Shown: positions 1 to 10,820, numbered from the stretch's first letter. The stretch: 63,338 bases of DNA from an uncultured bacterium (GCA_949299165.1 CASFZJ010000014.1:1-63338); one strand, 5' to 3'. Notes: generated from the letters alone by a model not told the origin. Made by a program: numbers and translations.

Positions 1-25
1 CATAATCAGATTTGTATTTACTCAT
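1..25 (-). CDS. 5' end of a CDS running off the window (MSKYKSDY...)
   Basis: Minus strand GGAGG-aaattaat-ATG AGT AAA TAC..., open to the window edge. Confidence 0.6.
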
Positions 26-136
26 ATTAATTTCCTCCACATGGTAATTATGAATAATCCAGTAGAGAAGAGAATGGTGTTATTTATTTACCAATACTAA
101 ATAATTTAAAAATATCGTGGTTCTGCAGAGTTTTCC

Positions 137-170
137 AAAAAAAAGAGGATTTCAATCTTCGAAAATCCTC
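137..170 (-). terminator. Intrinsic terminator downstream of tRNA-Ala
   Basis: Minus strand GAGGATTT..AAATCCTC stem followed by T8. Confidence 0.7.
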
Positions 171-251
171 CCTACAATTTATTTTTTAAACGAATTAAGT
201 ACCGCAAATTTCTTCTGATTTTAAGTACTTAAGTTCGGATAGATTTAAGTT

Positions 252-327
252 TGGTGGACCATACCGGGCTCGAACCGGTGACCTTTACAATGCCATTGTA
301 ACGCTCTCCCAACTGCGCTAATGGCCC
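252..327 (-). tRNA. tRNA-Ala(GGC)
   Basis: 76-nt cloverleaf, acceptor GGGCCAT/ATGGTCC with G3:U70, anticodon loop ATGGCAT (A32-U38 typical of Ala-GGC), TTCGA T-loop, encoded CCA. Confidence 0.97.
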
Positions 328-338
328 AGCGCTTGATT

Positions 339-368
339 ATTATATACAAAAGATAGTTTTGATAGCAA
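339..368 (-). promoter_or_regulatory. SigA-type promoter of tRNA-Ala
   Basis: TTGCTA-18 nt-TATAAT just upstream of the tRNA. Confidence 0.6.
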
Positions 369-479
369 GATAATTTTTAAGTTCAAGAAATAAACACTCT
401 CGATTTTGCGTCTATTTTAATAACTAAATCTATTTAAGTTTTTGTTTAAAAGTATAAAATAAATACGAGGCACAAAGTT

Positions 480-1487
480 ATGAACAAAAGAAACATTCTA
501 GATGATTTAAATAAGTTTATTGATAGCGAATATAATATCATTTTACTTGATGGACCATGGGGAAGTGGTAAAACTTATTTATTAAATGAATATGTAAATA
601 ATTATCAAAACAAGGATGTTAGATTTTATTATGTTTCACTTCATGGAATGAAAAATATTGATGAAATCAATACAAATTTATTTATGAAAGTTCATCCTGA
701 TGCTAAAAATATCACAAGTATTGTGCCTAATGTTATTAATCCTTTTGAAGAAGAAGTTGATACTAAAAAAACTCTCGCTTATTTATTGAAGATTAATAAA
801 ATTAAACCAGATAAAATTGTTATTTTAGATGATCTTGAAAGATATGCTTCAAGTGATTATGATGCATTTTTATCTTACTTAACAAATTTAATTGCAACAG
901 GTTGTAAGATTATTGTTGTGTCTAATCTTTTAGATTTTGGAACAAGTGAATTATTCCTTTTTAATACATATAAAGAAAAAATCTTTGATCGTATTTATAA
1001 AGCTGAGCTTTTTGATAAAGACGTTCTCAATGCTAAGTTTGGAAAATATGAAAAATATGTTGATGATACTATCGTTGATTTAAGTAAACAGAACTATCGT
1101 TTAATCGAAAAAATAGTTACATTTTTAGATGAAATCTCTGCAAAACTCGATTTAAATTCTATTAAACTTAATGAAAAGGGAGCTAGAGATCTCTTATATT
1201 ATACAACTATGTTTGTTTCAACATATTTTGAAAGTAGAAGAGCTTATTTAAACAAAGTCTGTGACCGTTTATCTGTTGAACAAGAAAGAGATTTAAAATC
1301 TCGTTCAGCCAGCGAAGCTTCATTTTTGGATGTTAATTTAATTTGCATTGAACACATTAACTACAAACTTAAAAAACCACATTATGATGATGAATATTTA
1401 ATCTTTTTAGGTTTATACAAAGCTTATATGTATTCAGAATATGAGCTTTTACTTGATTTTATTAAGAAACACAAGTTTACTAAGTAG
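480..1487 (+). CDS. KAP-family-like P-loop NTPase
   Basis: LLDGPWGSGKT Walker A, YVSL strand, ILDDLER Walker B, YKEKIFDR motif. Confidence 0.75.
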   Translation: MNKRNILDDLNKFIDSEYNIILLDGPWGSGKTYLLNEYVNNYQNKDVRFYYVSLHGMKNIDEINTNLFMKVHPDAKNITSIVPNVINPFEEEVDTKKTLAYLLKINKIKPDKIVILDDLERYASSDYDAFLSYLTNLIATGCKIIVVSNLLDFGTSELFLFNTYKEKIFDRIYKAELFDKDVLNAKFGKYEKYVDDTIVDLSKQNYRLIEKIVTFLDEISAKLDLNSIKLNEKGARDLLYYTTMFVSTYFESRRAYLNKVCDRLSVEQERDLKSRSASEASFLDVNLICIEHINYKLKKPHYDDEYLIFLGLYKAYMYSEYELLLDFIKKHKFTK

Positions 1488-1493
1488 GAAGTT

Positions 1494-2408
1494 ATGAATT
1501 TATCAGTTTTAGCAAATGACATTGTTATCAATCCTAACGGGCCATTTGGTCAATTTTTAGAATTTTTATATATTTTTATTATTGGTAGTTTCTTAGGTTA
1601 TCTAGCCGAAGTTCTTTTTAGAAGATTCGTCTCGATGAAAAGATGGATTAATCCAGGATTTTTAAAAGGGCCTTGCCTTCCTTTATATGGATTTGGCTTA
1701 GGGACACTTCATTTAATATCGACTAATACTTTTAAAAATCTTTGTGATGTTAATACTATTCCTGATTATTATCATGCTCTTGCAATAGATGGAGGAAGCG
1801 GAACTTTACCATTTTGGGCAGTTTCTTTGATTGCAATTTTATTTATTGCTGTTGGAATGACTTTAATCGAATATATTGCCGGTTTAATTTTTGTTAAAGG
1901 ACTTCATATTAGACTTTGGGACTATTCAAATTTAAAAGGAAATATCCAAGGAATTATTTGTCCATTATTTAGTTTTATTTGGTTAATCGCAGGTGTTATA
2001 TATTTGTTTGGCATCTCTCCAGCATTAGCTAATGCGATTGATTTTATGATCGCTAGACTTTGGGGAATGACCTTCTTACTTGGCGGATATTTCTCTATTT
2101 TCTGTTTAGATTTTATAAATTCGCTTATCCTTTCTATTAAGTTAAGCGGAAGCGCAAAGAAGTTAAATATCACTGTTGATTTCGAAAAATTTAAAATTTT
2201 GCAAATAAAAGATGTAAAAAGTAGTAGAATAAACGCAATGGTTGAAAATCTTAAGAAAAGTACTCAACCATTAAATGATAAAATTAGTAAAATGAGCCAC
2301 GAAATTAAAAGACATATGTATATCGGAAACAAGATACCTGAAAAATCTAGTGCTGAAAAAGATGAAACACCTAGAACTAAAAGTAGAGAAAATAGTGAAA
2401 AGTTTTAA
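1494..2408 (+). CDS. CmpB/TMEM229-like membrane protein (putative ABC transporter permease)
   Basis: NPGFLKGPCLPLYGFG and LWDYS..N..G.IC motifs, multiple TM helices. Confidence 0.8.
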   Translation: MNLSVLANDIVINPNGPFGQFLEFLYIFIIGSFLGYLAEVLFRRFVSMKRWINPGFLKGPCLPLYGFGLGTLHLISTNTFKNLCDVNTIPDYYHALAIDGGSGTLPFWAVSLIAILFIAVGMTLIEYIAGLIFVKGLHIRLWDYSNLKGNIQGIICPLFSFIWLIAGVIYLFGISPALANAIDFMIARLWGMTFLLGGYFSIFCLDFINSLILSIKLSGSAKKLNITVDFEKFKILQIKDVKSSRINAMVENLKKSTQPLNDKISKMSHEIKRHMYIGNKIPEKSSAEKDETPRTKSRENSEKF

Positions 2409-2442
2409 CTTTTCATTTTTTTATATATGAGAGGAGAAATTT

Positions 2443-3069
2443 ATGTTACACGTTGTTGATAACCCATTAATTGCTGTTAAATTAAATTACATGAGAGATG
2501 AAAGAACAAATTCTAAAGATTTTAGAACTTTACTTGATGAAATTTCATCTTTAATGACTCTTGAAGTTTTTAAAGATTTAAAGGCAGTGCCTACTGGAGA
2601 TAAAATTAAAACACCTACAAATTGTGAAATTGATAAATTAAAACTTAATTACAATATCATTGTTGTCCCTATTTTAAGAGCAGGAATTGGAATGAGTAAT
2701 GGTGTTATCAATATGCTTCCAACCGCAAGAATTGGTCATATTGGTATGTATAGAGATGAGAAAACATTAAAACCAGTTGAATATTTCTGCAAATTACCAT
2801 ATGTAAATGACCCACTTGTTTTAATCTGTGATCCAATGCTCGCAACTGGTGGAAGTGCTTGCGATGCAATTTCTTTAATTAAAAAGAGAGGTTATAAAAA
2901 TATTAGACTTTTAAATCTTGTTGGCGCTCCAGAAGGCGTTAAAAAGGTTCAAGAAGAACATCCTGATGTTCATATTTATATTGCTTCACTTGATGAAAGA
3001 TTAAATGAAAAAGGTTATATTCTTCCAGGACTTGGTGATGCTGGTGATAGAATCTTTGGAACTTTATAA
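2443..3069 (+). CDS. upp: Uracil phosphoribosyltransferase
   Basis: VPILRAG, DPMLATGGS, YILPGLGDAGDR. Confidence 0.97.
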   Translation: MLHVVDNPLIAVKLNYMRDERTNSKDFRTLLDEISSLMTLEVFKDLKAVPTGDKIKTPTNCEIDKLKLNYNIIVVPILRAGIGMSNGVINMLPTARIGHIGMYRDEKTLKPVEYFCKLPYVNDPLVLICDPMLATGGSACDAISLIKKRGYKNIRLLNLVGAPEGVKKVQEEHPDVHIYIASLDERLNEKGYILPGLGDAGDRIFGTL

Positions 3070-3090
3070 TTAAATTAAATTTAAGCAAAA

Positions 3091-3140
3091 TAAAATGGTC
3101 AATTTTAACTAACTATGTGCTGGTTATTTGACCATTTTTT
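3091..3140. terminator. Hairpin terminator after upp (possibly bidirectional)
   Basis: AAAATGGTCAA...TTGACCATTTT inverted repeat with A/T tails. Confidence 0.6.
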
Positions 3141-3293
3141 ATTAGTTTTTTTGTAAAAAAATATAGGAAAAAATATTAAAAACTCTACAAAAATTAATTT
3201 TTTTCCAGAAATTTTATCAAAAAGCTAAGGAATATTTAAAATTCCCAAGCTTTTTTAATTTTTTCCTAGAAATTTTGAAAAAAAGTGCATTTT

Positions 3294-5153
3294 TTAATCT
3301 AACTCAGTTTTGCCTTCGTAGAGTGCGTAATATTTTCCTTTAAGTTTTAATAAGTCATCGTTTGAGCCACGTTCAACAATTTTTCCGTTTTCAAGATATA
3401 AAATTGCATCGCTATTTTTAACGGTTGATAAACGATGTGCAATAACAAGAACTGTTCTATTTTGCATCAAGACGTCCATAGATTTTTGAACAAGTTTTTC
3501 ACTACGAGTATCAATATTACTTGTGGCTTCATCTAGAATTAAAACAGGTGGCATACTTAATGCAGCTCGAGCAAGGGCTAGAAGTTGTCTTTGGCCTTCT
3601 GATAAATTGTGTCCATCATCATAAAGCATTGTGTCATAACCATTTGGAAGCATTCTAATAAATGAGTCACAATTTGCAATTTTAGCTGCTTTAATTACTT
3701 CTTCATCGGTTGAGTGCATTCTAGAATATTTGATATTTTCTTTAATTGTGCCAGTAAATAAGTGAGTATCTTGAGTAACCATTGAGATTGATCGTCTAAG
3801 CCCTTCAAGTTTCATATCTTTAACATCAATTCCATCATATAAAATTTCACCTTTTTGAATATTATAGAATCTAGTAATTAAAGAAATAATAGTAGTTTTT
3901 CCTGCTCCAGTTGAACCAACAAATGCGATTTTTTGGCCATCTTTAGCGTAAAAACTAATATCTTTTAAGATGTCTTTTCCAGGTACATAAGCAAATGTTA
4001 CGTTTTTAAATACAATCTCACCTTTTAAAGGAACAAGAGTATAAGTGCCATCTTTTTGAGGAACTTTCCAGGCGTAACGTGATTTATAATCGTGAAGAGT
4101 TGAAGCATCTCCTAGTTTAACAAGTTCAACTGTGCCTTTATCTTCTTCCTCTTTTTCGTCTAAGAATCTAAAGATTCTTTCACTTCCTGCAAGAGCTGTA
4201 AGAATGGTATTAACGTGTTGAGTAAAGAAGTTAAATGGTTGAGCAGATTGTCTAACATTAACAATATAGGTAGTTAAAGCGCCAATTCCAACAATCCATC
4301 CATTAACAAGAAAGATGGAACCAACAATACATGCACAAGCAAATTGAATATAAGATAAAGAAACAATAACAGGAACATTAAGTTGAGTGTGGAAGAAAGA
4401 TTTAGTAGAAGCATGGAGCCAACTTTTATTTACCTCATCAAAACTATTAAAACTATCTTCTTCATGGTTAAATGCTTTTTCAACTTTTGTACCATTTATA
4501 TCTTCTTCAACTTTAGCGTTGATACTTGCAATTTCGCTTTGTTGCATAGTGAAATATTTACGACATTTTTTAGTATTTAATACGATAAATATCGCAATTA
4601 TTGCCATAAATGCGTAGTTCATTAAAGCAAGATAAATATTGATTACAGCAAGGACAACAATTGTGCCAACAATATTACAGAAAGATAAAATAATATTTGC
4701 AAAACTATCGTTTAAAGCATTAACAAGAGTATCGACATCATTAGTGAAATAACTCATGATTTCACCATGATTATGTTGATCAAAATAAGATAAAGGTAAA
4801 TTTTGGTTATGAATGGATAACTCTTTACGTAAGTTATAAAGAACGCTTTGCGAAAGACGAACCATAATTTGTGTATAAGCTAAATCACAAAGTACACCTG
4901 CTAGATAAATTCCAATAAGAGTTAGAGTAGAAGTTAATAAACCAGGATAATCTTCGTTTTTTATTGCGGTATCAATGACATTACCTAGCATATAAGAGCC
5001 AAAGATATTCGCAAACGAAGTATAAATTACTAAGATTACAACTAAAATTAATAAATATTTCTTCTTACCAAAATAATGGAATAATCTTCCAAGTGTTTTA
5101 AAGATATTACTTGGTCGAGAATATTTTTGAGGAGTAGAGTTAATTTTTGGCAT
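3294..5153 (-). CDS. Heterodimeric ABC exporter subunit (TMD+NBD, consensus catalytic Glu)
   Basis: GSTGAGKT, LSEGQRQ, LDEATS, AHRLST; N-terminal TM helices. Confidence 0.92.
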   Translation of the reverse strand: MPKINSTPQKYSRPSNIFKTLGRLFHYFGKKKYLLILVVILVIYTSFANIFGSYMLGNVIDTAIKNEDYPGLLTSTLTLIGIYLAGVLCDLAYTQIMVRLSQSVLYNLRKELSIHNQNLPLSYFDQHNHGEIMSYFTNDVDTLVNALNDSFANIILSFCNIVGTIVVLAVINIYLALMNYAFMAIIAIFIVLNTKKCRKYFTMQQSEIASINAKVEEDINGTKVEKAFNHEEDSFNSFDEVNKSWLHASTKSFFHTQLNVPVIVSLSYIQFACACIVGSIFLVNGWIVGIGALTTYIVNVRQSAQPFNFFTQHVNTILTALAGSERIFRFLDEKEEEDKGTVELVKLGDASTLHDYKSRYAWKVPQKDGTYTLVPLKGEIVFKNVTFAYVPGKDILKDISFYAKDGQKIAFVGSTGAGKTTIISLITRFYNIQKGEILYDGIDVKDMKLEGLRRSISMVTQDTHLFTGTIKENIKYSRMHSTDEEVIKAAKIANCDSFIRMLPNGYDTMLYDDGHNLSEGQRQLLALARAALSMPPVLILDEATSNIDTRSEKLVQKSMDVLMQNRTVLVIAHRLSTVKNSDAILYLENGKIVERGSNDDLLKLKGKYYALYEGKTELD

Positions 5154-6909
5154 CTTCGCTACCTCCTATCTTTTGAAGTGAATCAATATCGCGATAAATC
5201 TCATCTTTTTCTAAAAGTTCATCATTTGTGCCGATATTTGTGATTCTTCCATTATCTAAAACAATGATTTTATCAGCGTCTTTGATAGCACTGATTTTTT
5301 GAGAAATAACTATTTTTGTCATCTCTGGTAAATCATTTTTTAGATTAGCTTTAACTTTAGCTTCGGTGATTTTATCAAGGGCAGAAAAAGAATCATCTAA
5401 TATTAAGATTTTAGGATTTTTTAATATTGCTCGAGCAATACAAAGTCTTTGTCTTTGTCCTCCACTAACAGAAGTTCCGCCTTGAGAAATCATTGTATTG
5501 AATCCATCACTTAATTGATTAACGATGAAATCGTAACATTCTGCAATTTTACATGCTTTTTCAATCTCTTCCATAGTAGCGTTTTTATTACCCCATTTAA
5601 GGTTATCTAAAACTGTTCCTTTAAAGAGAAGTGGAGATTGGAAAGAAATAGAAATTCCTTCTCTTAATTCATATAAGGAATAATCTTTAATGTTGTGTCC
5701 ACCAATTAAAATCTCGCCTTGAGTTGCATCATAAAAACGATCAATTAATGAGATGAGAGTTGACTTAGAAGAGCCTGTTTGGCCGATAATTCCCACAAAT
5801 TCCCCGTTTTTTATTGAAAAATTGATGTTTTTTAAAACGTATTCATCAGCATCGTTTTTATATTTGAAGAAGACATTTTTAAATTCCACATCACCTAATT
5901 CGACTTTGAGTTTTGAAGAAGTGTTATCAATAATTTCACTTTTTGCATCAAGAACTTCATTAATTCGATAAAATGAAGCGGTTGATCTATTAATAGCCAT
6001 GAAGACATTCGAAAGCATCATGATTGTTGCTAAAAGTTGCATAACATAAGTTAAGAAAGTTTGAATATCTTCAAGAGCAATAGCATGTCCTGGTTGAAGG
6101 TAAAGAATTCCACCAAAATAAATTATTGCAATCATTGTGCCGTAATTTGCTAATTGACCAGCAGGCATTGCAAGAGCATTAATAGAAAGAGTTTTTCTAG
6201 CAGTTTTTGTTAATGCTTCATTCGCTTTATTAAACTTTTCGATTTCAAAATCTTTTTTGTAATAAGCTTTGATTGTTTTAATTGCGATAACTGATTCTTG
6301 AGTAACACGGTTAATGTTATCTAAAAGTTTTTGAATGATTAAAAACTTAGGTTTAACAACAAAAACAATGGTGAAAATTATTAAAGCTAAAAATACAAGT
6401 GCCACAAAGAAAACGATTGAAAGAGTTGGTGAAATAATAAGAGCGAAAGTTAATGAAAAAATCATCATAAATGGTGCTCTTAAAGTTGGGCGGAGACACA
6501 TGCATAAGGTATCGCTTAAAATTTGAACATCATTTGTTAAACGAGTGATTAAAGAAGAAGCGCGGAATTCATCAAGATTTCTAAAAGAATAAGCTTGAAT
6601 CTTTTTATATTCTTCTTTTCTGATTTCATATCCAAATCCACGGCAAGCAATGGCACTAAATTTTGCACTTAAAACACCTAAAAAGAATGAAAAAACTGAA
6701 ATTGCAATCATCACGCCACCTATCATCAATATGTAATTTAAATCCATTGTGTAGGTGATATTATCTGTTGTATGAATGCCATTTGTTATCAAAACATTCA
6801 TTAAAAACGGCAAAGAAACTTCGCTAACGCATTCAAGAATGATACACAGTATCGCTATAATAAATTCTTTCCTATAAGGCTTAATAAACCTTGCAAACTT
6901 TTTAACCAT
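5140..6909 (-). CDS. Heterodimeric ABC exporter subunit (degenerate NBD); start probably MVKKF at 6909 rather than 6975
   Basis: GQTGSSKST, VSGGQRQ, LDDSFSALD (Glu->Asp), ISQK (His->Gln); overlaps partner gene. Confidence 0.9.
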   Translation of the reverse strand: MVKKFARFIKPYRKEFIIAILCIILECVSEVSLPFLMNVLITNGIHTTDNITYTMDLNYILMIGGVMIAISVFSFFLGVLSAKFSAIACRGFGYEIRKEEYKKIQAYSFRNLDEFRASSLITRLTNDVQILSDTLCMCLRPTLRAPFMMIFSLTFALIISPTLSIVFFVALVFLALIIFTIVFVVKPKFLIIQKLLDNINRVTQESVIAIKTIKAYYKKDFEIEKFNKANEALTKTARKTLSINALAMPAGQLANYGTMIAIIYFGGILYLQPGHAIALEDIQTFLTYVMQLLATIMMLSNVFMAINRSTASFYRINEVLDAKSEIIDNTSSKLKVELGDVEFKNVFFKYKNDADEYVLKNINFSIKNGEFVGIIGQTGSSKSTLISLIDRFYDATQGEILIGGHNIKDYSLYELREGISISFQSPLLFKGTVLDNLKWGNKNATMEEIEKACKIAECYDFIVNQLSDGFNTMISQGGTSVSGGQRQRLCIARAILKNPKILILDDSFSALDKITEAKVKANLKNDLPEMTKIVISQKISAIKDADKIIVLDNGRITNIGTNDELLEKDEIYRDIDSLQKIGGSEDAKN

Positions 6910-7014
6910 ACGCAAAATTTTAGTCTCAATAATTGAACATTTCAATATACTTTCTATATGGAAATATTCTACCAAAAATATTAGAATTATTCTTGTAAAT
7001 AAAAGGAGATTTTT

Positions 7015-7770
7015 ATGTCAAAAAAATATCAATTAGTTCTTATTAGACATGGTGAATCTGAATGGAATAAATTAAACTTATTCACCGGTTGGACTGACGT
7101 TGAACTCAGTGAAAAGGGAGTTGAAGAAGCTAAACTTGGTGGTAAATTATTAAAAGAAGAAGGATTCCACTTTGATGTTGCTTACACTTCATATTTAAAA
7201 AGAGCTATCCATACATTAAACTTCGTTTTAGGCGAAATGGGTGAAGAATTTATCCCAGTTCATAAAACATGGAGATTAAATGAAAGACATTATGGCGCTT
7301 TACAAGGTTTAAACAAAGCTGAAACAGCTGAAAAATATGGTGAAGACCAAGTTAAAGTTTGGAGAAGAAGCTATGATGTTCAACCTCCAGCATTAAAAGT
7401 TGATGATTCAAGAAATCCAGCAAATCAAGAAACATATAGAAATGTAAGTGTTGATGATTTACCACTCACAGAATGTTTAAAAGATACAGTCGCTAGAGTT
7501 TTACCATACTGGGATTGTGAAATTAAACCAGCTATCGTTAGTGGTAAAAGAGTTATCATCGCAGCTCATGGCAACAGCTTAAGAGCACTTGTTAAATATC
7601 TCGAAAAGATTAGTGACGATGATATCGTTGGTGTCAACATTCCAACAGGTGTCCCACTAGTTTATGAATTTGATGAACACTTCAATGTTTTAAGCAAAAG
7701 ATATCTTGGCGATCAAGAAAAGATTGCTGCTGCAATGAACGCTGTTGCAAATCAAGGAAAAGCAAAATAA
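7015..7770 (+). CDS. gpmA: 2,3-BPG-dependent phosphoglycerate mutase
   Basis: [26 protein letters not shown]; SD AAGGAG. Confidence 0.97.
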   Translation: MSKKYQLVLIRHGESEWNKLNLFTGWTDVELSEKGVEEAKLGGKLLKEEGFHFDVAYTSYLKRAIHTLNFVLGEMGEEFIPVHKTWRLNERHYGALQGLNKAETAEKYGEDQVKVWRRSYDVQPPALKVDDSRNPANQETYRNVSVDDLPLTECLKDTVARVLPYWDCEIKPAIVSGKRVIIAAHGNSLRALVKYLEKISDDDIVGVNIPTGVPLVYEFDEHFNVLSKRYLGDQEKIAAAMNAVANQGKAK

Positions 7771-7776
7771 TAACCT

Positions 7777-8322
7777 ATGTCAATTAACGATATTGTAATC
7801 GTTGTCTTAATTATTTTAAGCGCGATTTCTGGTATTGTTTCAGGCTTTGTTAAGAAATCAAGTAGAATTGTTTCATTAGGTGTAGCAGGAGTTTGTGCTT
7901 TCTATTTAGGAAGTACAATCTCTGACGCTTTAGTTAATAATATTGCTAGCATTCAAGAGTGGGTTAGCCAAAATGATGTTAACGCACTTGCAGTTTTAAT
8001 TGGCTCATATGTTGGTACATTCATTATTGCTTTAATCCTAGTAAAGATTATTTTAAAACTTATTTCTACTCTACTCGAAAATATGGGTCCAATTGGTGCA
8101 TTTCTTGATAAAGGCCTCGGATTAGTTGCTGGCATTTGTATTGGATTCGTTCTTGCTGATATTTATGTTTGGTGTTTATATGGCGTAAGCTGCATTAATG
8201 CTGACACAGCTGAATGGGTTATAAATGACGCTAAGTTATATATGGAAGGTACAAATTCCTTAACTCAACTAATCATGAATATGAACCTTGGGTCAATTGG
8301 TCAAACATTCCCTGGTTTATAA
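7777..8322 (+). CDS. CvpA (colicin V production) family membrane protein
   Basis: N-terminal D..I...G..SGF, LDKGLG.VAG...G motif, 4 TM. Confidence 0.75.
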   Translation: MSINDIVIVVLIILSAISGIVSGFVKKSSRIVSLGVAGVCAFYLGSTISDALVNNIASIQEWVSQNDVNALAVLIGSYVGTFIIALILVKIILKLISTLLENMGPIGAFLDKGLGLVAGICIGFVLADIYVWCLYGVSCINADTAEWVINDAKLYMEGTNSLTQLIMNMNLGSIGQTFPGL

Positions 8323-8345
8323 AAAAAACACTATAAAAAAATACC

Positions 8346-8384
8346 AAAAACTCCGGAAAAAGTATTAAATTCCCGGAGTTTTTT
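8346..8384. terminator. Terminator hairpin after gpmA-cvpA
   Basis: AAAAACTCCGG...CCGGAGTTTTTT. Confidence 0.65.
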
Positions 8385-8490
8385 CAATTTTTGCGATGTT
8401 TTTTGCAAAAATACAGATAAAAATGCAAAATATGCTAAATTTTTTCAAAATTATACATATTTTTAAGCAAAAACCCTGCAAATTTAAAAT

Positions 8491-8520
8491 AAAAACGGGA
8501 ATTTTTGTTTTCCCGTTTTT
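8491..8520 (-). terminator. Terminator hairpin after the LRR lipoprotein gene
   Basis: AAAAACGGGAA...TTCCCGTTTTT. Confidence 0.65.
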
Positions 8521-8540
8521 ATGTTTCTTATTGAGATTGC

Positions 8541-10820
8541 TTATTCGACAATTCTTATATTAGAACGATATCCAGTTGGTGTACCGTTTGTATATAAGTC
8601 TTGAACTTCCTCTTCGGTATGTTCGAAATACAATGTGTCATAATAATAACTATCAAAAGCATATGTTCCTATTTCAGTTACGCCTTTTGGAATTAAAACA
8701 TATTCTAAATCGACATTTTCAAATGCGCTATATCCAATTGTTCTTAAGAATGGAGGAAGATCTAATAATCTACCATTAATTGTTGTGCCTTCAAATTCAT
8801 CTTCACTATAGTTTATATGGAATGTGGTATATGAAATATTAAAATCACAATTATAAAATGCCTCATATCCTATTTCTTCCAATTTAAATGGAAGCGTTGA
8901 AAAACTTACATATGAACAATTATAGAAAGCGCGGTTTCCAATTCTTGTGATTCCTTTTGGCAAATTGATTTGTCTTAAATTAGTATTAACACCGTCAAAA
9001 GCATAATCATTAATTAGTTTAATTGTGTCAGGCAAGGTTAAATAGTGATATGAACTTGAATAATTGAAAACATTATTTGAACCATCACCTATTGTAGTGA
9101 CTTCATAGGTTTCGCCAAATAATTCAACGTTTTCTGGAATCGTAATTTGCCCCATTGTGTTGATTTTAGTCAAAGTAGCAGTTTTATCGGCGTTGAATTC
9201 ATAAGTGAAATTACCAACAGCTACACTATAAGGTGTGTCATAGTTGAAATTACTAAATTCTTCAGTTGCTGAGAATAGACTTAAATCGCTAGCAAATCCT
9301 GTAGCTACATCGTCATCTGATGCTCTTTCAAAGTAAACATCAGAAGTGTTAGTTAATTCAAAAGCATTTTCGCCAATTGAAGTAATGTTTTCACCAATAT
9401 AAACTTTAGTTAAACCAGTTGCATTAGAAAAAGCGTTTGCAGCAATTGTTGTAACAGTTGTTGGTAAAGCTAAATATACATTAGGTAAAGTGCCATAAAT
9501 TGTGCCATCAAATAATGGATTTGTGCCATCTCCAACAGTTTTCAATGTGCGATAAGAATTATTTGTCAAATCTAATGCGTGAGGTTGAGGAACTGGAATT
9601 TCGTAGTTATATGTGCCTTGATAACCCACTTTATTTGCAACAAGATCACCATTTGTATTAACTGATAAATCATATGTTACATATTCAACAGTAGGAATAT
9701 TTGTTGTATCGTTAACTTCATAACCTTCGATTGAATCAACACTAGCTAAATCGACTTTTTCGCCAGGAGCATATTCTATTCCATCAACTTCATAATAAAC
9801 ATTATGTCCAACAATATAAGGAAGAGTATATTCACTTTCACTAGAGTAGTAGTTTTCAACATGCTCAATTTCTTGTGCAGTTCCACCAGTTTCAGTTGGA
9901 TTAAGATAGAAATTCATTGTAAAACTACGTTGAGACTCTTCGGATAGTGTATAAGTTTTATCTTCAGTAACATAATCATCAATATAGTAATGACCATTTT
10001 CTTCAACAATATCAAAGTTTGTAGAATCAGCAGTAGCTTGATAAATTCTTGATCCATCAGTACCAATATCTTCAATTATAGAAGCAGGAATTTCAGTTCT
10101 TTGACCATAAGTCACTTCTAAAGTTTCGCCATATTTTGTGCCGGAAACACTATATAATTCAACTTCAAAAGTACGATAACTCTCGATAAAATTAGCTGTT
10201 AAAGTTGTATCTCTATCAATTGTTAAATCAGTTTCCTTGAAAGGATTTTCTGTGTCGTATTCATATGAATATTTAGCAGTATCTGGTCGAGTTGGTGTGT
10301 CTTCTGGAAGAGTGAAAGTACTTCCTTCATCTGCGTAAGTTGTTGAATAAACTTCATTTGTATATTCATCAACGATAGAAACGCCAAATCTCTTAGTTAA
10401 ATCATAAGTTGCAATATAAACTTGATCTTGAGTTACTGGTTCGAGTGAAGGATACCATTCTTTGAAAGTAAATTTATATTCACTTGTTGATTCAAGTGTT
10501 GGAGTAGTATCTGGAGCAATTGGAAGATCTCCTCTATCTAATCTATCACTTGCAAGTAAAGTACCATCAGCGTTTCTAAATTCAATAGTGAATGGACCTT
10601 GATCTGGCTCTGGGCTAGGTTCTTCAGGAACAGTAACAAAACCTTTATCGCCACCAATATCTTCTAAAGTTTCGCTAGGTGTATCGGGATTTGGTTGGAC
10701 TGGAGTTTCGCCAGGATTATCGCCTCCTGGGTTTTCTCCTGGATTATCAGCAGGTGGATTTGAACCACATGCGCTAATTAAAGGTAATAATGCTAATAAA
10801 AGTAATTTACGTTTTTTCAT
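8541..10820 (-). CDS. Surface lipoprotein with beta-rich repeats and BspA-type leucine-rich repeats
   Basis: Lipobox LISA-C, Pro/Gly/Asn linker, repeats such as LPxxVTxIxxxAF (TTIAANAF, SIGENAF, RIGNRAF, EIGYEAF). Confidence 0.85.
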   Translation of the reverse strand: MKKRKLLLLALLPLISACGSNPPADNPGENPGGDNPGETPVQPNPDTPSETLEDIGGDKGFVTVPEEPSPEPDQGPFTIEFRNADGTLLASDRLDRGDLPIAPDTTPTLESTSEYKFTFKEWYPSLEPVTQDQVYIATYDLTKRFGVSIVDEYTNEVYSTTYADEGSTFTLPEDTPTRPDTAKYSYEYDTENPFKETDLTIDRDTTLTANFIESYRTFEVELYSVSGTKYGETLEVTYGQRTEIPASIIEDIGTDGSRIYQATADSTNFDIVEENGHYYIDDYVTEDKTYTLSEESQRSFTMNFYLNPTETGGTAQEIEHVENYYSSESEYTLPYIVGHNVYYEVDGIEYAPGEKVDLASVDSIEGYEVNDTTNIPTVEYVTYDLSVNTNGDLVANKVGYQGTYNYEIPVPQPHALDLTNNSYRTLKTVGDGTNPLFDGTIYGTLPNVYLALPTTVTTIAANAFSNATGLTKVYIGENITSIGENAFELTNTSDVYFERASDDDVATGFASDLSLFSATEEFSNFNYDTPYSVAVGNFTYEFNADKTATLTKINTMGQITIPENVELFGETYEVTTIGDGSNNVFNYSSSYHYLTLPDTIKLINDYAFDGVNTNLRQINLPKGITRIGNRAFYNCSYVSFSTLPFKLEEIGYEAFYNCDFNISYTTFHINYSEDEFEGTTINGRLLDLPPFLRTIGYSAFENVDLEYVLIPKGVTEIGTYAFDSYYYDTLYFEHTEEEVQDLYTNGTPTGYRSNIRIVE

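Noticed and set aside
5140-6909. Degenerate ABC motifs as pseudogenisation
   Set aside because: Expected asymmetric site of heterodimeric exporters
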